This document shows positions 45,173 through 57,800 of a DNA stretch of 64,000 nucleotides, one piece after another. The stretch lies in contig NIVC01002764.1 in the NCBI GenBank assembly GCA_002269645.1, forward strand, positions 38,755 to 102,754. The letters are read 5' to 3'. Numbering within the stretch: the first letter of the stretch is position 1; each line of letters begins with the position of its first letter. This stretch comes from Macrostomum lignano (taxonomy: Eukaryota). The notes under the pieces were generated by a model, which searched no databases, was not told the DNA's origin, and saw nothing but the letters and a program-made list of their open reading frames with translations. The translations under genes were made by a program, and so were the position numbers.

Positions 45173-48100
45173 TCAAACTTTGCTCTCAAATTTATTCCTG
45201 GCGTACATTGCAATGGCGTTCTTCCGCCGGAAGGACACTTTCCGCAGTTTGGCCCGGTAGTGGTCGTTCTCGATCTCGCGAACGTGGCTGGCCAGGAACC
45301 AGCCGCGCACGTTGGGATCTGCGAGCCTGCTGCCCAGCAGCCAGCCTGTTGATGAAGCGATAAGCATGAGGTTGATGTGTGTCCAAATCGTTCGAAATGA
45401 TTTGTATTGGGAGGGGTTCTAAAGATTTTCCATAGATAGACCAACAGATGTGTCGGAAAATAGAAGACTGACATTTAATTCACAACTATTGAAACGGTCA
45501 ATCATTAAATTTCAATCGTCTTTTTCCTTGGCTTGGGTTCGCGAATATCTACGTTCGAACCAAGGACTACTACTCAAGAAGAAGGATGGGAAAGTATGTT
45601 TCTAGGAAAATTTTAGGATGCAGGCTTTACCGAAAAAATTGTAATTGCTTTTGATAGCGGGCAGACCCAATTTGCATCTTTTGATATGAGTTGCCTTTCT
45701 TATAAGTAGTCCTTGGTTTAAACCTTTTTTTTCAATTGGTTAGTTCGAATAATTTCAATATTGTCGTCCTTGATAAGAGGTGCAAAACAATTAGCTAAAT
45801 TATTTATTAAAAAATATTGCCTTCATTGAAGAAAAAGAACGAGAATTAATTAATTAGTATAGTTGATTACACCTGCCCCAATTGGGCCAGATGTGCAACC
45901 GACAGCTCAGCCGAAGCTATTGCGCGGCGCATCTGAAGGCTGCGTACGGCTGTTCAGTCCAAGGACTGGCGGGTCGCCACACACACCCTCAATTACCCCA
46001 GCTAATGCTGGCACCCATTTTACAGCTGGGTGAACTGAAGCAATGCAGAGTAAAGTGTCTTGCTCAAGGACACAAATTGTTCCGAGCGAGTAAGGTCGAG
46101 AATCGAACCCCCGACCTTTCAGCCGTGAGTCTGACACTCTAACCACTACATCACCACTACCAGGCTACAACCCGGGTACATAACGAGGAAAAACACTGAA
46201 ATTTGCCGGTGCACTTTGGTCATACATAGCTTCACGAAAAGTTTAACTACCTAAAAATAGCGTCAGTATCGTATCCTGCTCCAATCTCCATCAGTAAAAA
46301 GTGACATCATAAATTATAAGCTATTATATAGACCGTGGACGCAAGCACCGGGGTGGCAATCGCATTTGTATTTTTACAATCAGCTCCATCAAACTCGAAA
46401 GCGTTTTTTACTTTGAGATCCTCCGTGATGCATGCGGCTTTATTGACATTAATTTATCCAATCCAAACATTTACTGAATTGGTACTGAATCTTGTGGTTT
46501 GTACGAGACTCATGAAAAACTTATATTGAATAGAATAGTTGAACTGTCTTGGCGCAATCAATCATGCATTAAAACAACTTACAGCGGTTTTGTTGAGACT
46601 AAACTGAAAAATGCTTCCCAGAATGGGTAGCTTGTTGAGTATGGAAAAAACCGGTTAGTGACCGTTTTTACGCGTAATAGCTAGGTGTCTTTTGACTGGG
46701 TGTTGATGTTAAAAAATTCTTAGTGATGAGCAAGTTTGTGCAACTGCCACCCCAAATGCGATTACTTTTAGAAACTTCAAAAAAGGATAAGAAAAAATCT
46801 TTGACTAGACGGAACTGAAGCTCCAGCAGAAATTTATTAAAAGCGGTGCAATCTACAGTTGGCCTCATCGCCATTAAAGTTCAAGTTTGTGTTTATACCT
46901 TAGATATGCCCTCCCCATGTGCGACCTACCTGCGATAGAATGTGCAACACCATCCCCAACAGCTATAGTCTATGGCCCACTATGTGTGAAACACCATCCC
47001 CAACAGCTATAGTCTATACTATGTGTGCAACACCATCCCCAACAGCTATAGTCTATGGCCCACTATGTGTGCAACACCATCCCCAACAGCTATAGTCTAT
47101 GGCCCACTATGTGTGCAACACCATCCCCAACAGCTATAGTCTATGGCCCACTATGAGTGTAACACCATCCCCAACAGCTATAGTCTATGGCCCACTATGT
47201 GTGCAACACCATCCCCAACAGCTATAGTCTATGGCCCACTATGTGTGCAACACCATCCCCAACAGCTATAGTCTATGGTCCACTATGAGTGCAACACCAT
47301 CCCCAACAGCTATAGTCTATGGCCCACTATGAGTGCAACACCATCCCCAACAGCTATAGTCTATGGACCACTATGTGTGCTACACCATCCCATCCCCAAA
47401 AAACTATAGTGTATGGCCCTGCTGTGTTCAATGGTCTATTTAACTATTGTAAGCACAACCACATAGTTGTTTCAAAAATGCGAGTTTCTACGAGTTTTTC
47501 TTACGCGATACAGGCACACTACTTGTGACTATATGAAGCTCAAGTTGCTGAAAATGAGTACGATCGTAGCACTGGCAAGCTAAAAAGCATCACAGATTTG
47601 GCCGAATCAGCACTAAGATAGCAAGCTGGGGATGGGTCATATAATGAGCAAGACTAACCCTGTGACTCACCCTCCTCAGTCTTCTTGTAGATACTGACAA
47701 TTTCTCCCTCACGCAATTCAAGGTCGTCCTTCTGCTGCGCCCTGTAGGCTTTCACCACCTTGGCCTGTGGACAGTCGTCCGGGTCGTACACCGGGTCGCC
47801 GAGTTCGTCTCTCGGGCTGAATATCATCAGCCAGCGGTCGGCTTCTTCGCGGGACTTCGGCTCAAGGAGGAGCGTCACCTGAGCCGGGGAGGCAAAATGC
47901 ATTTGTGAGACGGGACTAACATATTTTTTAAACTATTTCTGATCCTTTCTGATCCACTTCTGGACCTCTAATAGTGATAATAAGAACTGATTACACCTGC
48001 CCAATTGGGCCAGATGTGCAACCGACAGCTCAGCCGCAGCTATTGCGCGGCGCATCTGAAGGCTGCGTACGGCTGTTCAGTCCAAGGACTGGGGGGTCGC

Positions 48101-50405
48101 CACACGCACCCTCAATTACCCCAGCTAATGCTGGCACCCATTTTACAGCTGGGTGAACTGAAGCAATGCAGAGTTAAGCGTCTTGCTCAAGGACACAAAT
48201 TGTTCCGAGTGGGATCGGGGATCGAACCCCCGACTTTGAAGTCGTGAGTCGGACGCTCTAACCACTAGACTACAACCCCCTAAAACCTATCTGGACCTGG
48301 GCTGAAGAGCCTATGAAGCCAGTACAGTATGTAACGCTAGGTAGTTTCAGATTACAAGCTATAAGCTTTACTTTTAAAAAAAAAACTTTACTGAAGCTTT
48401 GAAAGTAGCCGAAAGGTAAGCAGAATTGCAGGTTTTCAGACGTTTATGAGCTGAGGTAATATAGTCCATTAGCTAGTGCTGAAAAACTGGAAGACTGCTA
48501 CCATCTTGATAGTTCAACTTAAAGCAAAATTGATTTTTCAACGATATTTTAATAACATATTGACGCATTGCGTACATTTTCGTCTTTTCGGAGTACACAG
48601 CAAGTGATCAATCAAAATCAGAACTGCAAAGCCGCCTGCTCACCTCCGGCGTTCCATCGGATCTGTCGAGAATGCGCAGCCGAAGGGTCCACCTCTGAAG
48701 TGAGCTCGAACTACCGCTGAGACCTGCTCCACCGCTGGCGCTGGCGCTGCCGCTGCTTCCGCCTCCTTGCACCGGAGCGCAATCGGCGTCAACAAACGAG
48801 CGAGGGCAGTGCTTCAACACCTGGAAGCCTTGATCACTGCAAAGTAAGTAGCAAGTAGTGGTAAATTGAAAAGTAAGAGAATTTCAATTTAAAACTCACC
48901 ACAGTCTAAACCAAGCCTTTGCTCACCCTTTCGGTTTGGACACGATCAACAGGTCCGAGAATGCGTGCAACTGCAGGTAGGTCTTTCTCAGAGACATCTT
49001 GCTCACAAAGCCCTGCGTGTTGGGCACGGCGTTGATCACTCGCATTTGGCCCTCCTTGATCAAATGCCGGTTTCCTCCCCAGCAGCCGACTTTCTATCGA
49101 GGCAAATGGCGAAGTTAAGCGATTGAGTTCGATTATCTTGAAAGTACGAATCTTCAGTTCGAAAGTACACCTGAGTTATGCAAGCAAAACAAAACAAGAC
49201 AAAGAATTGTCGACAGTCTATTCTGACGCACCTTGACTTTAGAGAAGCACAGCTGGTTCTGCAGCTTCAGCATCTGCTCTTTCTCGGACATCATTCGCGA
49301 CTCCTGGTCGCATTCTCTGGCCAAGCTGAGCAGCTGGCCCAGCGCCCGCATGCCCAGGCTGTAGCGGTGCGAGTTCTCCGGCATGCGGCGCATCACGGCG
49401 TCCATGAGCAGCTGGAGGCTCATCGCGCGCTTCATCGGCATCTCCAGGTAGCTTTGCAGCGGGATCATGCGGCATTCCGGCCGCCTCTCCAGCTCGGTGA
49501 GCTGCGCCACAAATTCAGGATTGGTGCGCAGCTTCTCCAGAGTCTTTGTCTGGTAATAGAAGTTGCGGCAGTAGACTTTGTACACCTTCAGCTTCTCAAT
49601 GTGATCTAGAATCACCTGGCTGACGGAGTCCATTATGACTGTTTTCTTCCACTCGTCTTCAAGGGACTTCAGGAATCTGTAGAATGCAAATTTGCTTGCT
49701 GTATGCTTGACTAAAACAGCTGCGTAGTTTGAAATCAATTCTATTCTCAAGAACTCACGTTGCTGAGCAGTCAAATATGTCAACAATATTTGAGAACAGA
49801 TAATGCTTGTCCAAGGCTCGGACAATAGCATTGGGCCGCGTGTGATCGAAGAGTGGACTATTGTAGAACACATCAATCACGACCATGAGACTCTTGTAGT
49901 AGGTGGCTTCAGTTGTTATCACTTCAAATTGCGCCTGTGCGGTGTAATAAAACAATTGTAAACTGCGTTCTTACGTAACGGCTAATCGAATAATAAAAGA
50001 ATTAGCAGCTAAAACAACCTCTTGCAGTTTGACCTCCTCCTTTGATAGCTTTGAGAGCAGTCCGGAGGCCTCCACCTCCTGCATGTTGCGCCACAGAGTG
50101 CGGCCAGGCCCGCTGCCTGTGAACCGGCCAGTCAGCTCCTCACCGCCCTGCTCCTTGGCCGCCTTCTGAGCAGTCTTTTCTCCTTCCTCTGCCGATTCTT
50201 CGTCTTCTTCCTCTTCGAGAAACGATATGCGTAGCACGTCTGAAGATGGGCAGGATTGCAGGTAAATCTGTAAGCAACAACTGATGAGATTACGTATAGT
50301 AATGTCTTCATTGGTATTACCGTGCACCTCCTCGTAGTCGACTCCTACTCTGTCGTCGAACATGGATTTGTATTTACTGCGATCCTGCAGTTTCACCGCT
50401 TGGTC
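45173..50405 (-). CDS. Ephexin/SGEF-type Rho guanine exchange factor (DH-PH-SH3), 3' exons; 5' end not found
   Basis: Exons 50405-50328, 50267-50019 (LW..M.EV..SGLL..LS.EE.KLQE), 49934-49759 (A.FEVITTEATY.KSL), 49676-49232 (DH core), 49093-48927 and 48836-48644 (PH), 47878-47671 and 45345-45173 (SH3: DDLEL.EG...GWL.G.R....GWF...HV.EI). Phases are consistent. Confidence 0.92.
45558..45719. mobile_element. Small MITE-like element with a 14-bp perfect inverted repeat
   Basis: aaccaaggactact (45558-45571) and agtagtccttggtt (45706-45719), with partial inward extension; no TSD seen. Confidence 0.5.
45860..46173 (-). mobile_element. SINE family B, copy 2
   Basis: Highly similar to 42598-42907; the head carries a short insertion. 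Confidence 0.88.
46940..47400. repeat. 44-bp minisatellite (ctatgtgtgcaacaccatccccaacagctatagtctatggccca), about 10 copies
   Basis: 44-nt period (aacagc at 47041 and 47085). Confidence 0.94.
47976..48278 (-). mobile_element. SINE family B, copy 3
   Basis: Highly similar to the other two copies; intact A/B boxes. Confidence 0.88.
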
Positions 50406-50559
50406 CTATAAGACAGAAGCAATGAAATATGTACATGTAGATAGGAACACGGAGCATTAACTCCTTTGACAGTATGCTCTTGTGCCACTCAAAAAATTCA
50501 AATTCTGCAGAATAACAAATTTGCTAAGTTGTCAAGGCTCGGAGAGAATTGCTATGCTG

Positions 50560-50830
50560 TAACTCTTGGAGAAAATTACTAAGATGTCAGGGCTTATGGG
50601 GGAATTGCTGAGACGCCAAGGCTTATGGGGGAAATGCTGAGACGCCAAGGCTTATGGGGGAATTGCTGAGACGCCAAGGCTTATGAGGGGGGGAATTGCT
50701 GAGACGCCAAGGCTGAGCTGATGGGGGGAATCACTGAGATGCCTAGGCTGATGGGGGATTGCTGAGATGTCAAGGCTGATGGGGAGAATTGCTGAGATGT
50801 CAAGTCTCATGAGGGGATTGCTGAAAAGTC
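50560..50830. repeat. About 30-bp degenerate minisatellite (gggggaattgctgagacgccaaggcttatg)
   Basis: About 8 diverged copies. Confidence 0.85.
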
Positions 50831-51857
50831 AAGAATTCTGAAATGCTGTGGCTCATAGGGGTTACTCGGATCCTTTGAGCCAAAGCTCACAGGGGATGCT
50901 GCTACCGTAGTCTAGATGGCTCTTTCAGATCGGATTGCTTTCTCACTTCTGACACCATTTCCTTAAAAAATCAAGTGGTGACTGTACAAGGTGACTGGAC
51001 ATGTAGTTTATTAATTTTTTATTTCTTTCTTTCTTGCCTCCAAAAAAGGTGGGCGAGGATTGCTGGTTACCAATTTCTATAAAGCTGCAAAAAGCAGAAA
51101 GCAATATCGGATTCATATACTTGGTTATTGAGTGCCATAGATTTTTAGCAAGAAAAACCAAGTTTTGAGTAGTATTGTAACACGATTTATATTTCTCGTG
51201 CATTAAATGACTCCAGGCAATACGCGATCACGAGCCATTTAAGCACGCTTTTAGCGTTTAATGCACGCTTTTACACTTTTATATCGTGTTACAATAGTCG
51301 AGCACTCGGGTCATTAGCCAGATTCGCAACTAGGAATTGCGCACCACTGCACGAGAGAAAGTCGCACTGGGGGCAACGGAGGAAATCGCTAATTTCTAGG
51401 GGCACAGAACCAGTTCGTCTGTAATATTAGCAAGGCAGATCTGTACAGTGAATTAAATTGCTTCGCGCCTAAGAGACAGTGCAAGAGAGAACCTCCTATA
51501 CATTACTTAATAGATTGCAAAAAAATTGCTTGGCACAGTAAAAAATAAAGAGAAACGATTCTAGAGCAAGCATAAAATATGATGAACCTGCTCTCCCACA
51601 CTTCTGTCTAGCTTTTAGATTGCAACTGAAAGCGTACTGTAGACTTGCCACATGTCTAGTTGCTGGTAAAATGTGGCTGGATAGATAGCGCACTGCTAGA
51701 CCACGAGTTTTACGCACGCTCGTAGCTTAACAAACTAACTCAACTTCGTAGGATTGCAATTCACTTTAATTATTAATCGATTCTAAATAATGACTTAGAA
51801 TTTCAGTTAAATACCAAAAACTCTCAGCGGCTAACCCTGGAAATACTCACAAGACTG

Positions 51858-54800
51858 GAATGGTACTACCAACAGGTCATTCGATGGAGCTACCCACAGG
51901 TCCCTCGATGGAGCTACCCACAGGTCCCTCATTGGAGCTACCCTCAGATTCATCCGATGGAACTACCCTCAGATTCATCCGATGGAGCTACCCTCAGATT
52001 CATCCGATGGAGCTACCCTCAGGTTCATCCGATGGAGCAACTCACAGATTCATCCGATGGAGCTACCCTCAGGTTCATCCGATGGAGCTACCCTCAGGTT
52101 CATCCGATGGAGCTACCCTCAGGTTCATCCGATGGAGCTACCCTCAGGTTCATCCGATGGAGCTACCCTCAGGTTCATTCGATGGAGCTACCCACAGGTC
52201 ATTCGATGGAGCTACCCACAGGTCCCTCGATGGAGCTACCCACAGGTCATTCGATGGAGCTACCCACAGGTCATTCGATGGAGCTACCCACAGGTCATTC
52301 GATGGAGCTACCCACAGGTCATTCGATGGAGCTACCCACAGGTCATTCGATGGAGCTACCCACAGGTCATTCGATGGAGCTACTCACAGGTCATTCGATG
52401 GAGCTACCCACAGGTCATTCGATGGAGCTACCCACAGGTCATCCGATGGAGCTACCCTCAGGTTCATCCGATGGAGCTACCCTCAGATTCATCCGATGAA
52501 GCTACCCTCGGGTTCATCCGATGGAGCTACCCTCAGGTTCCTCGATGGAGCTACCCACAGGTCATTCGATGGAGCTACCCACAGGTCATTCGATGGAGCT
52601 ACCCACAGGTCATTCGATGGAGCTACCCACAGGTCATTCGATGGAGCTACCCACAGGTCATTCGATGGAGCTACCCACAGGTCATTCGATGGAGCTACCC
52701 ACAGGTCATTCGATGGAGCTACCCACAGGTCATTCGATGGAGCTACCCACAGGTCATTCGATGGAGCTACCCACAGGTCATTCGATGGAGCTACCCACAG
52801 GTCATTCGATGGAGCTACCCACAGGTCATTCGATGGAGCTACCCTCAGATTCATCCGATGGAGCTACCCTCAGGTTCATCCGATGGAGCTACCCTCAGAT
52901 TCATCCGATGGAGCTACCCTCAGGTTCATCCAATGGAGCTACCCTCAGGTTCATCCGATGGAGCTACCCTCAGGTTCATCCGATGGAGCTACCCTCAGGT
53001 TCATCCGATGGAGCTACCCTCAGGTTCATCCGATGGAGCTACCCACAGGTCATTCGATGGAGCTACCCACAGGTCATTCGATGGAGCTACCCACAGGTCA
53101 TTCGATGGAGCTACCCACAGGTCATTCGATGGAGCTACCCACAGGTCATTCGATGGAGCTACCCTCAGGTTCATCCGATGGAGCTACCCTCAGGTTCATC
53201 CGATGAAGCTACCCACAGGTCATTCGTTGGAGCTACCCACAGGTCATTCGATGGAGCTACCCACAGGTCATTCAATGGAGCTACCCACAGGTCATTCGAT
53301 GGAGCTACCCACAGGTCATTCGATGGAGCTACCCACAGGTCATTCGATGGAGCTACCCACAGGTCCCTCGATGGAGCTACCCACAGGTCCCTCATTGGAG
53401 CTACCCTCAGATTCATCCGATGGAGCTACCCTCAGATTCATCCGATGGAGCTACCCTCAGATTCATCTGATGGAGCTACCCACAGGTCATTCGATGGAGC
53501 AACTCACAGATTCATCCGATGGAGCTACCCTCAGGTTCATCCGATGGAGCTACCCTCAGGTTCATCCGATGGAGCTACCCTCAGGTTCATCCGATGGAGC
53601 TACCCTCAGGTTCATCCGATGGAGCTACCCTCAGGTTCATCCGATGGAGCTACCCTCAGGTTCATTCGATGGAGCTACCCACAGGTCATTCGATGGAGCT
53701 ACCCACAGGTCCCTCGATGGAGCTACCCACAGGTCATTCGATGGAGCTACCCACAGGTCATTCGATGGAGCTACCCACAGGTCATTCGATGGAGCTACCC
53801 ACAGGTCATTCGATGGAGCTACCCACAGGTCATTCGATGGAGCTACTCAAAGGTCATTCGATGGAGCTACCCACAGGTCATTCGATGGAGCTACCCACAG
53901 GTCATCCGATGGAGCTACCCTCAGGTTCATCCGATGGAGCTACCCTCAGATTCATCCGATGAAGCTACTCTCGGGTTCATCCGATGGAGCTACCCACAGG
54001 TCATTCGATGGAGCTACCCACAGGTCATTCGATGGAGCTACCCACAGGTCATTCGATGGAGCTACCCACAGGTCATTCGATGGAGCTACCCACAGGTCAT
54101 TCGATGGAGCTACCCACAGGTCATTCGATGGAGCTACCCACAGGTCATTCGATGGAGCTACCCTCAGATTCATCCGATGGAGCTACCCTCAGGTTCATCC
54201 GATGGAGCTACCCTCAGATTCATCCGATGGAGCTACCCTCAGGTTCATCCAATGGAGCTACCCTCAGGTTCATCCGATGGAGCTACCCTCAGGTTCATCC
54301 GATGGAGCTACCCTCAGGTTCATCCGATGGAGCTACCCTCAGGTTCATCCGATGGAGCTACCCACAGGTCCCTCGATGGAGCTACCCACAGGTCATTCGA
54401 TGGAGCTACCCACAGGTCATTCGATGGAGCTACCCACAGGTCATTCGATGGAGCTACCCACAGGTCATTCGATGGAGCTACCCACAGGTCATTCGATGGA
54501 GCTACCCACAGGTCATTCGATGGAGCTACCCACAGGTCATTCGATGGAGCTACCCACAGGTCATTCGATGGAGCTACCCACAGGTCATTCGATGGAGCTA
54601 CCCTCAGATTCATCCGATGGAGCTACCCTCAGGTTCATCCGATGGAGCTACCCTCAGATTCATCCGATGGAGCTACCCTCAGGTTCATCCAATGGAGCTA
54701 CCCTCAGGTTCATCCGATGGAGCTACCCTCAGATTCATCCGATGGAGCTACCCACAGGTCCCTCGATGGAGCTACCCACAGGTCATTCGATGGAGCTACC

Positions 54801-57800
54801 CACAGGTCATTCGATGGAGCTACCCACAGGTCATTCGATGGAGCTACCCACAGGTCATTCGATGGAGCTACCCACAGGTCATTCGATGGAGCTACTCACA
54901 GGTCATTCGATGGAGCTACCCACGGGTCATTCGATGGAGCTACCCACAGGTCATCCGATGGAGCTACCCTCAGGTTCATCCGATGGAGCTACCCTCAGAT
55001 TCATCCGATGAAGCTACTCTCGGGTTCATCCGATGGAGCTACCCTCAGGTTCCTCGATGGAGCTACCCACAGGTCATTCGATGGAGCTACCCACAGGTCA
55101 TTCGATGGAGCTACCCACAGGTCATTCGATGGAGCTACCCACAGGTCATTCGATGGAGCTACCCACAGGTCATTCGATGGAGCTACCCACAGGTCATTCG
55201 ATGGAGCTACCCACAGGTCATTCGATGGAGCTACCCACAGGTCATTCGATGGAGCTACCCTCAGATTCATCCGATGGAGCTACCCTCAGATTCATCCGAT
55301 GGAGCTACCCTCAGGTTCATCCAATGGAGCTACCCTCAGGTTCATCCGATGGAGCTACCCTCAGGTTCATCCGATGGAGCTACCCTCAGGTTCATCCGAT
55401 GGAGCTACCCTCAGGTTCATCCGATGGAGCTACCCACAGGTCATTCGATGGAGCTACCCACAGGTCATTCGATGGAGCTACCCACAGGTCATTCGATGGA
55501 GCTACCCACAGGTCCCTCGATGGAGCTACCCACAGGTCCCTCATTGGAGCTACCCTCAGATTCATCCGATGGAGCTACCCTCAGATTCATCCGATGGAGC
55601 TACCCTCAGGTTCATCCGATGGAGCTACCCTCAGATTCATCTGATGGAGCTACCCACAGGTCATTCGATGGAGCTACCCACAGGTCATTCGATGGAGCTA
55701 CCCACAGGTCATTCGATGGAGCTACCCACAGGTCATTCGATGGAGCTACCCACAGGTCATCCGATGGAGCTACCCTCAGGTTCATCCGATGGAGCTACCC
55801 TCAGGTTCATCCAATGGAGCTACCCTCAGGTTCATCCGATGGAGCTACCCTCAGGTTCATCCGATGAAGCTACCCACAGGTCATTCGTTGGAGCTACCCA
55901 CAGGTCATTCGATGGAGCTACCCACAGGTCATTCAATGGAGCTACCCACAGGTCATTCGATGGAGCTACCCACAGGTCATTCGATGGAGCTACCCACAGG
56001 TCATTCGATGGAGCTACCCACAGGTCCCTCGATGGAGCTACCCACAGGTCCCTCATTGGAGCTACCCTCAGATTCATCCGATGGAGCTACCCTCAGATTC
56101 ATCCGATGGAGCTACCCTAAGGTTCATCCGATGGAGCTACCCTCAGATTCATCTGATGGAGCTACCCACAGGTCATTCGATGGAGCAACTCACAGATTCA
56201 TCCGATGGAGCTACCCTCAGGTTCATCCGATGGAGCTACCCTCAGGTTCATCCGATGGAGCTACCCTCGGGTTCATCCGATGGAGCTACCCTCAGGTTCA
56301 TCCGATGGAGCTACCCTCAGGTTCATCCGATGGAGCTACCCTCAGGTTCATTCGATGGAGCTACCCACAGGTCATTCGATGGAGCTACCCACAGGTCCCT
56401 CGATGGAGCTACCCACAGGTCATTCGATGGAGCTACCCACAGGTCATTCGATGGAGCTACCCACAGGTCATTCGATGGAGCTACCCACAGGTCATTCGAT
56501 GGAGCTACCCACAGGTCATTCGATGGAGCTACTCACAGGTCATTCGATGGAGCTACCCACGGGTCATTCGATGGAGCTACCCACAGGTCATCCGATGGAG
56601 CTACCCTCAGGTTCATCCGATGGAGCTACCCTCAGATTCATCCGATGAAGCTACTCTCGGGTTCATCCGATGGAGCTACCCACAGGTCATTCGATGGAGC
56701 TACCCACAGGTCATTCGATGGAGCTACCCACAGGTCATTCGATGGAGCTACCCACAGGTCATTCGATGGAGCTACCCACAGGTCATTCGATGGAGCTACC
56801 CACAGGTCATTCGATGGAGCTACCCACAGGTCATTCGATGGAGCTACCCTCAGATTCATCCGATGGAGCTACCCTCAGGTTCATCGATGGAGCTACCCTC
56901 AGATTCATCCGATGGAGCTACCCTCAGGTTCATCCAATGGAGCTACCCTCAGGTTCATCCGATGGAGCTACCCTCAGGTTCATCCGATGGAGCTACCCTC
57001 AGGTTCATCCGATGGAGCTACCCTCAGGTTCATCCGATGGAGCTACCCACAGGTCATTCGATGGAGCTACCCACAGGTCATTCGATGGAGCTACCCACAG
57101 GTCATTCGATGGAGCTACCCACAGGTCATTCGATGGAGCTACCCACAGGTCATTCGATGGAGCTACCCACAGGTCATTCGATGGAGCTACCCACAGGTCA
57201 TTCGATGGAGCTACCCACAGGTCATTCGATGGAGCTACCCACAGGTCATTCGATGGAGCTACCCTCAGATTCATCCGATGAAGCTACTCTCGGGTTCATC
57301 CGATGGAGCTACCCTCAGATTCATCCGATGGAGCTACCCTCAGGTTCATCCAATGGAGCTACCCTCAGGTTCATCCGATGGAGCTACCCTCAGATTCATC
57401 CGATGGAGCTACCCACAGGTCCCTCGATGGAGCTACCCACAGGTCATTCGATGGAGCTACCCACAGGTCATTCGATGGAGCTACCCACAGGTCATTCGAT
57501 GGAGCTACCCACAGGTCATTCGATGGAGCTACCCACAGGTCATTCGATGGAGCTACTCACAGGTCATTCGATGGAGCTACCCACGGGTCATTCGATGGAG
57601 CTACCCACAGGTCATCCGATGGAGCTACCCTCAGGTTCATCCGATGGAGCTACCCTCAGATTCATCCGATGAGCTACCTCGGTTCATCCGATGGAGCTAC
57701 CCTCAGGTTCTCGATGGAGCTACCCACAGGTCATTCGATGGAGCTACCCACAGGTCATTCGATGGAGCTACCCACAGGTCATTCGATGGAGCTACCCACA

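Noticed and set aside
41295-48278. tRNA genes at the A/B-box sequences
   Set aside because: The tRNA-like heads run into shared about 250-bp bodies and simple tails and lack a full cloverleaf, so they are SINEs.
50900-50962. Candidate further upstream ephexin microexon (EMVSE) on the minus strand
   Set aside because: The splice sites are plausible, but there is no homology support and the phase assignment is arbitrary.
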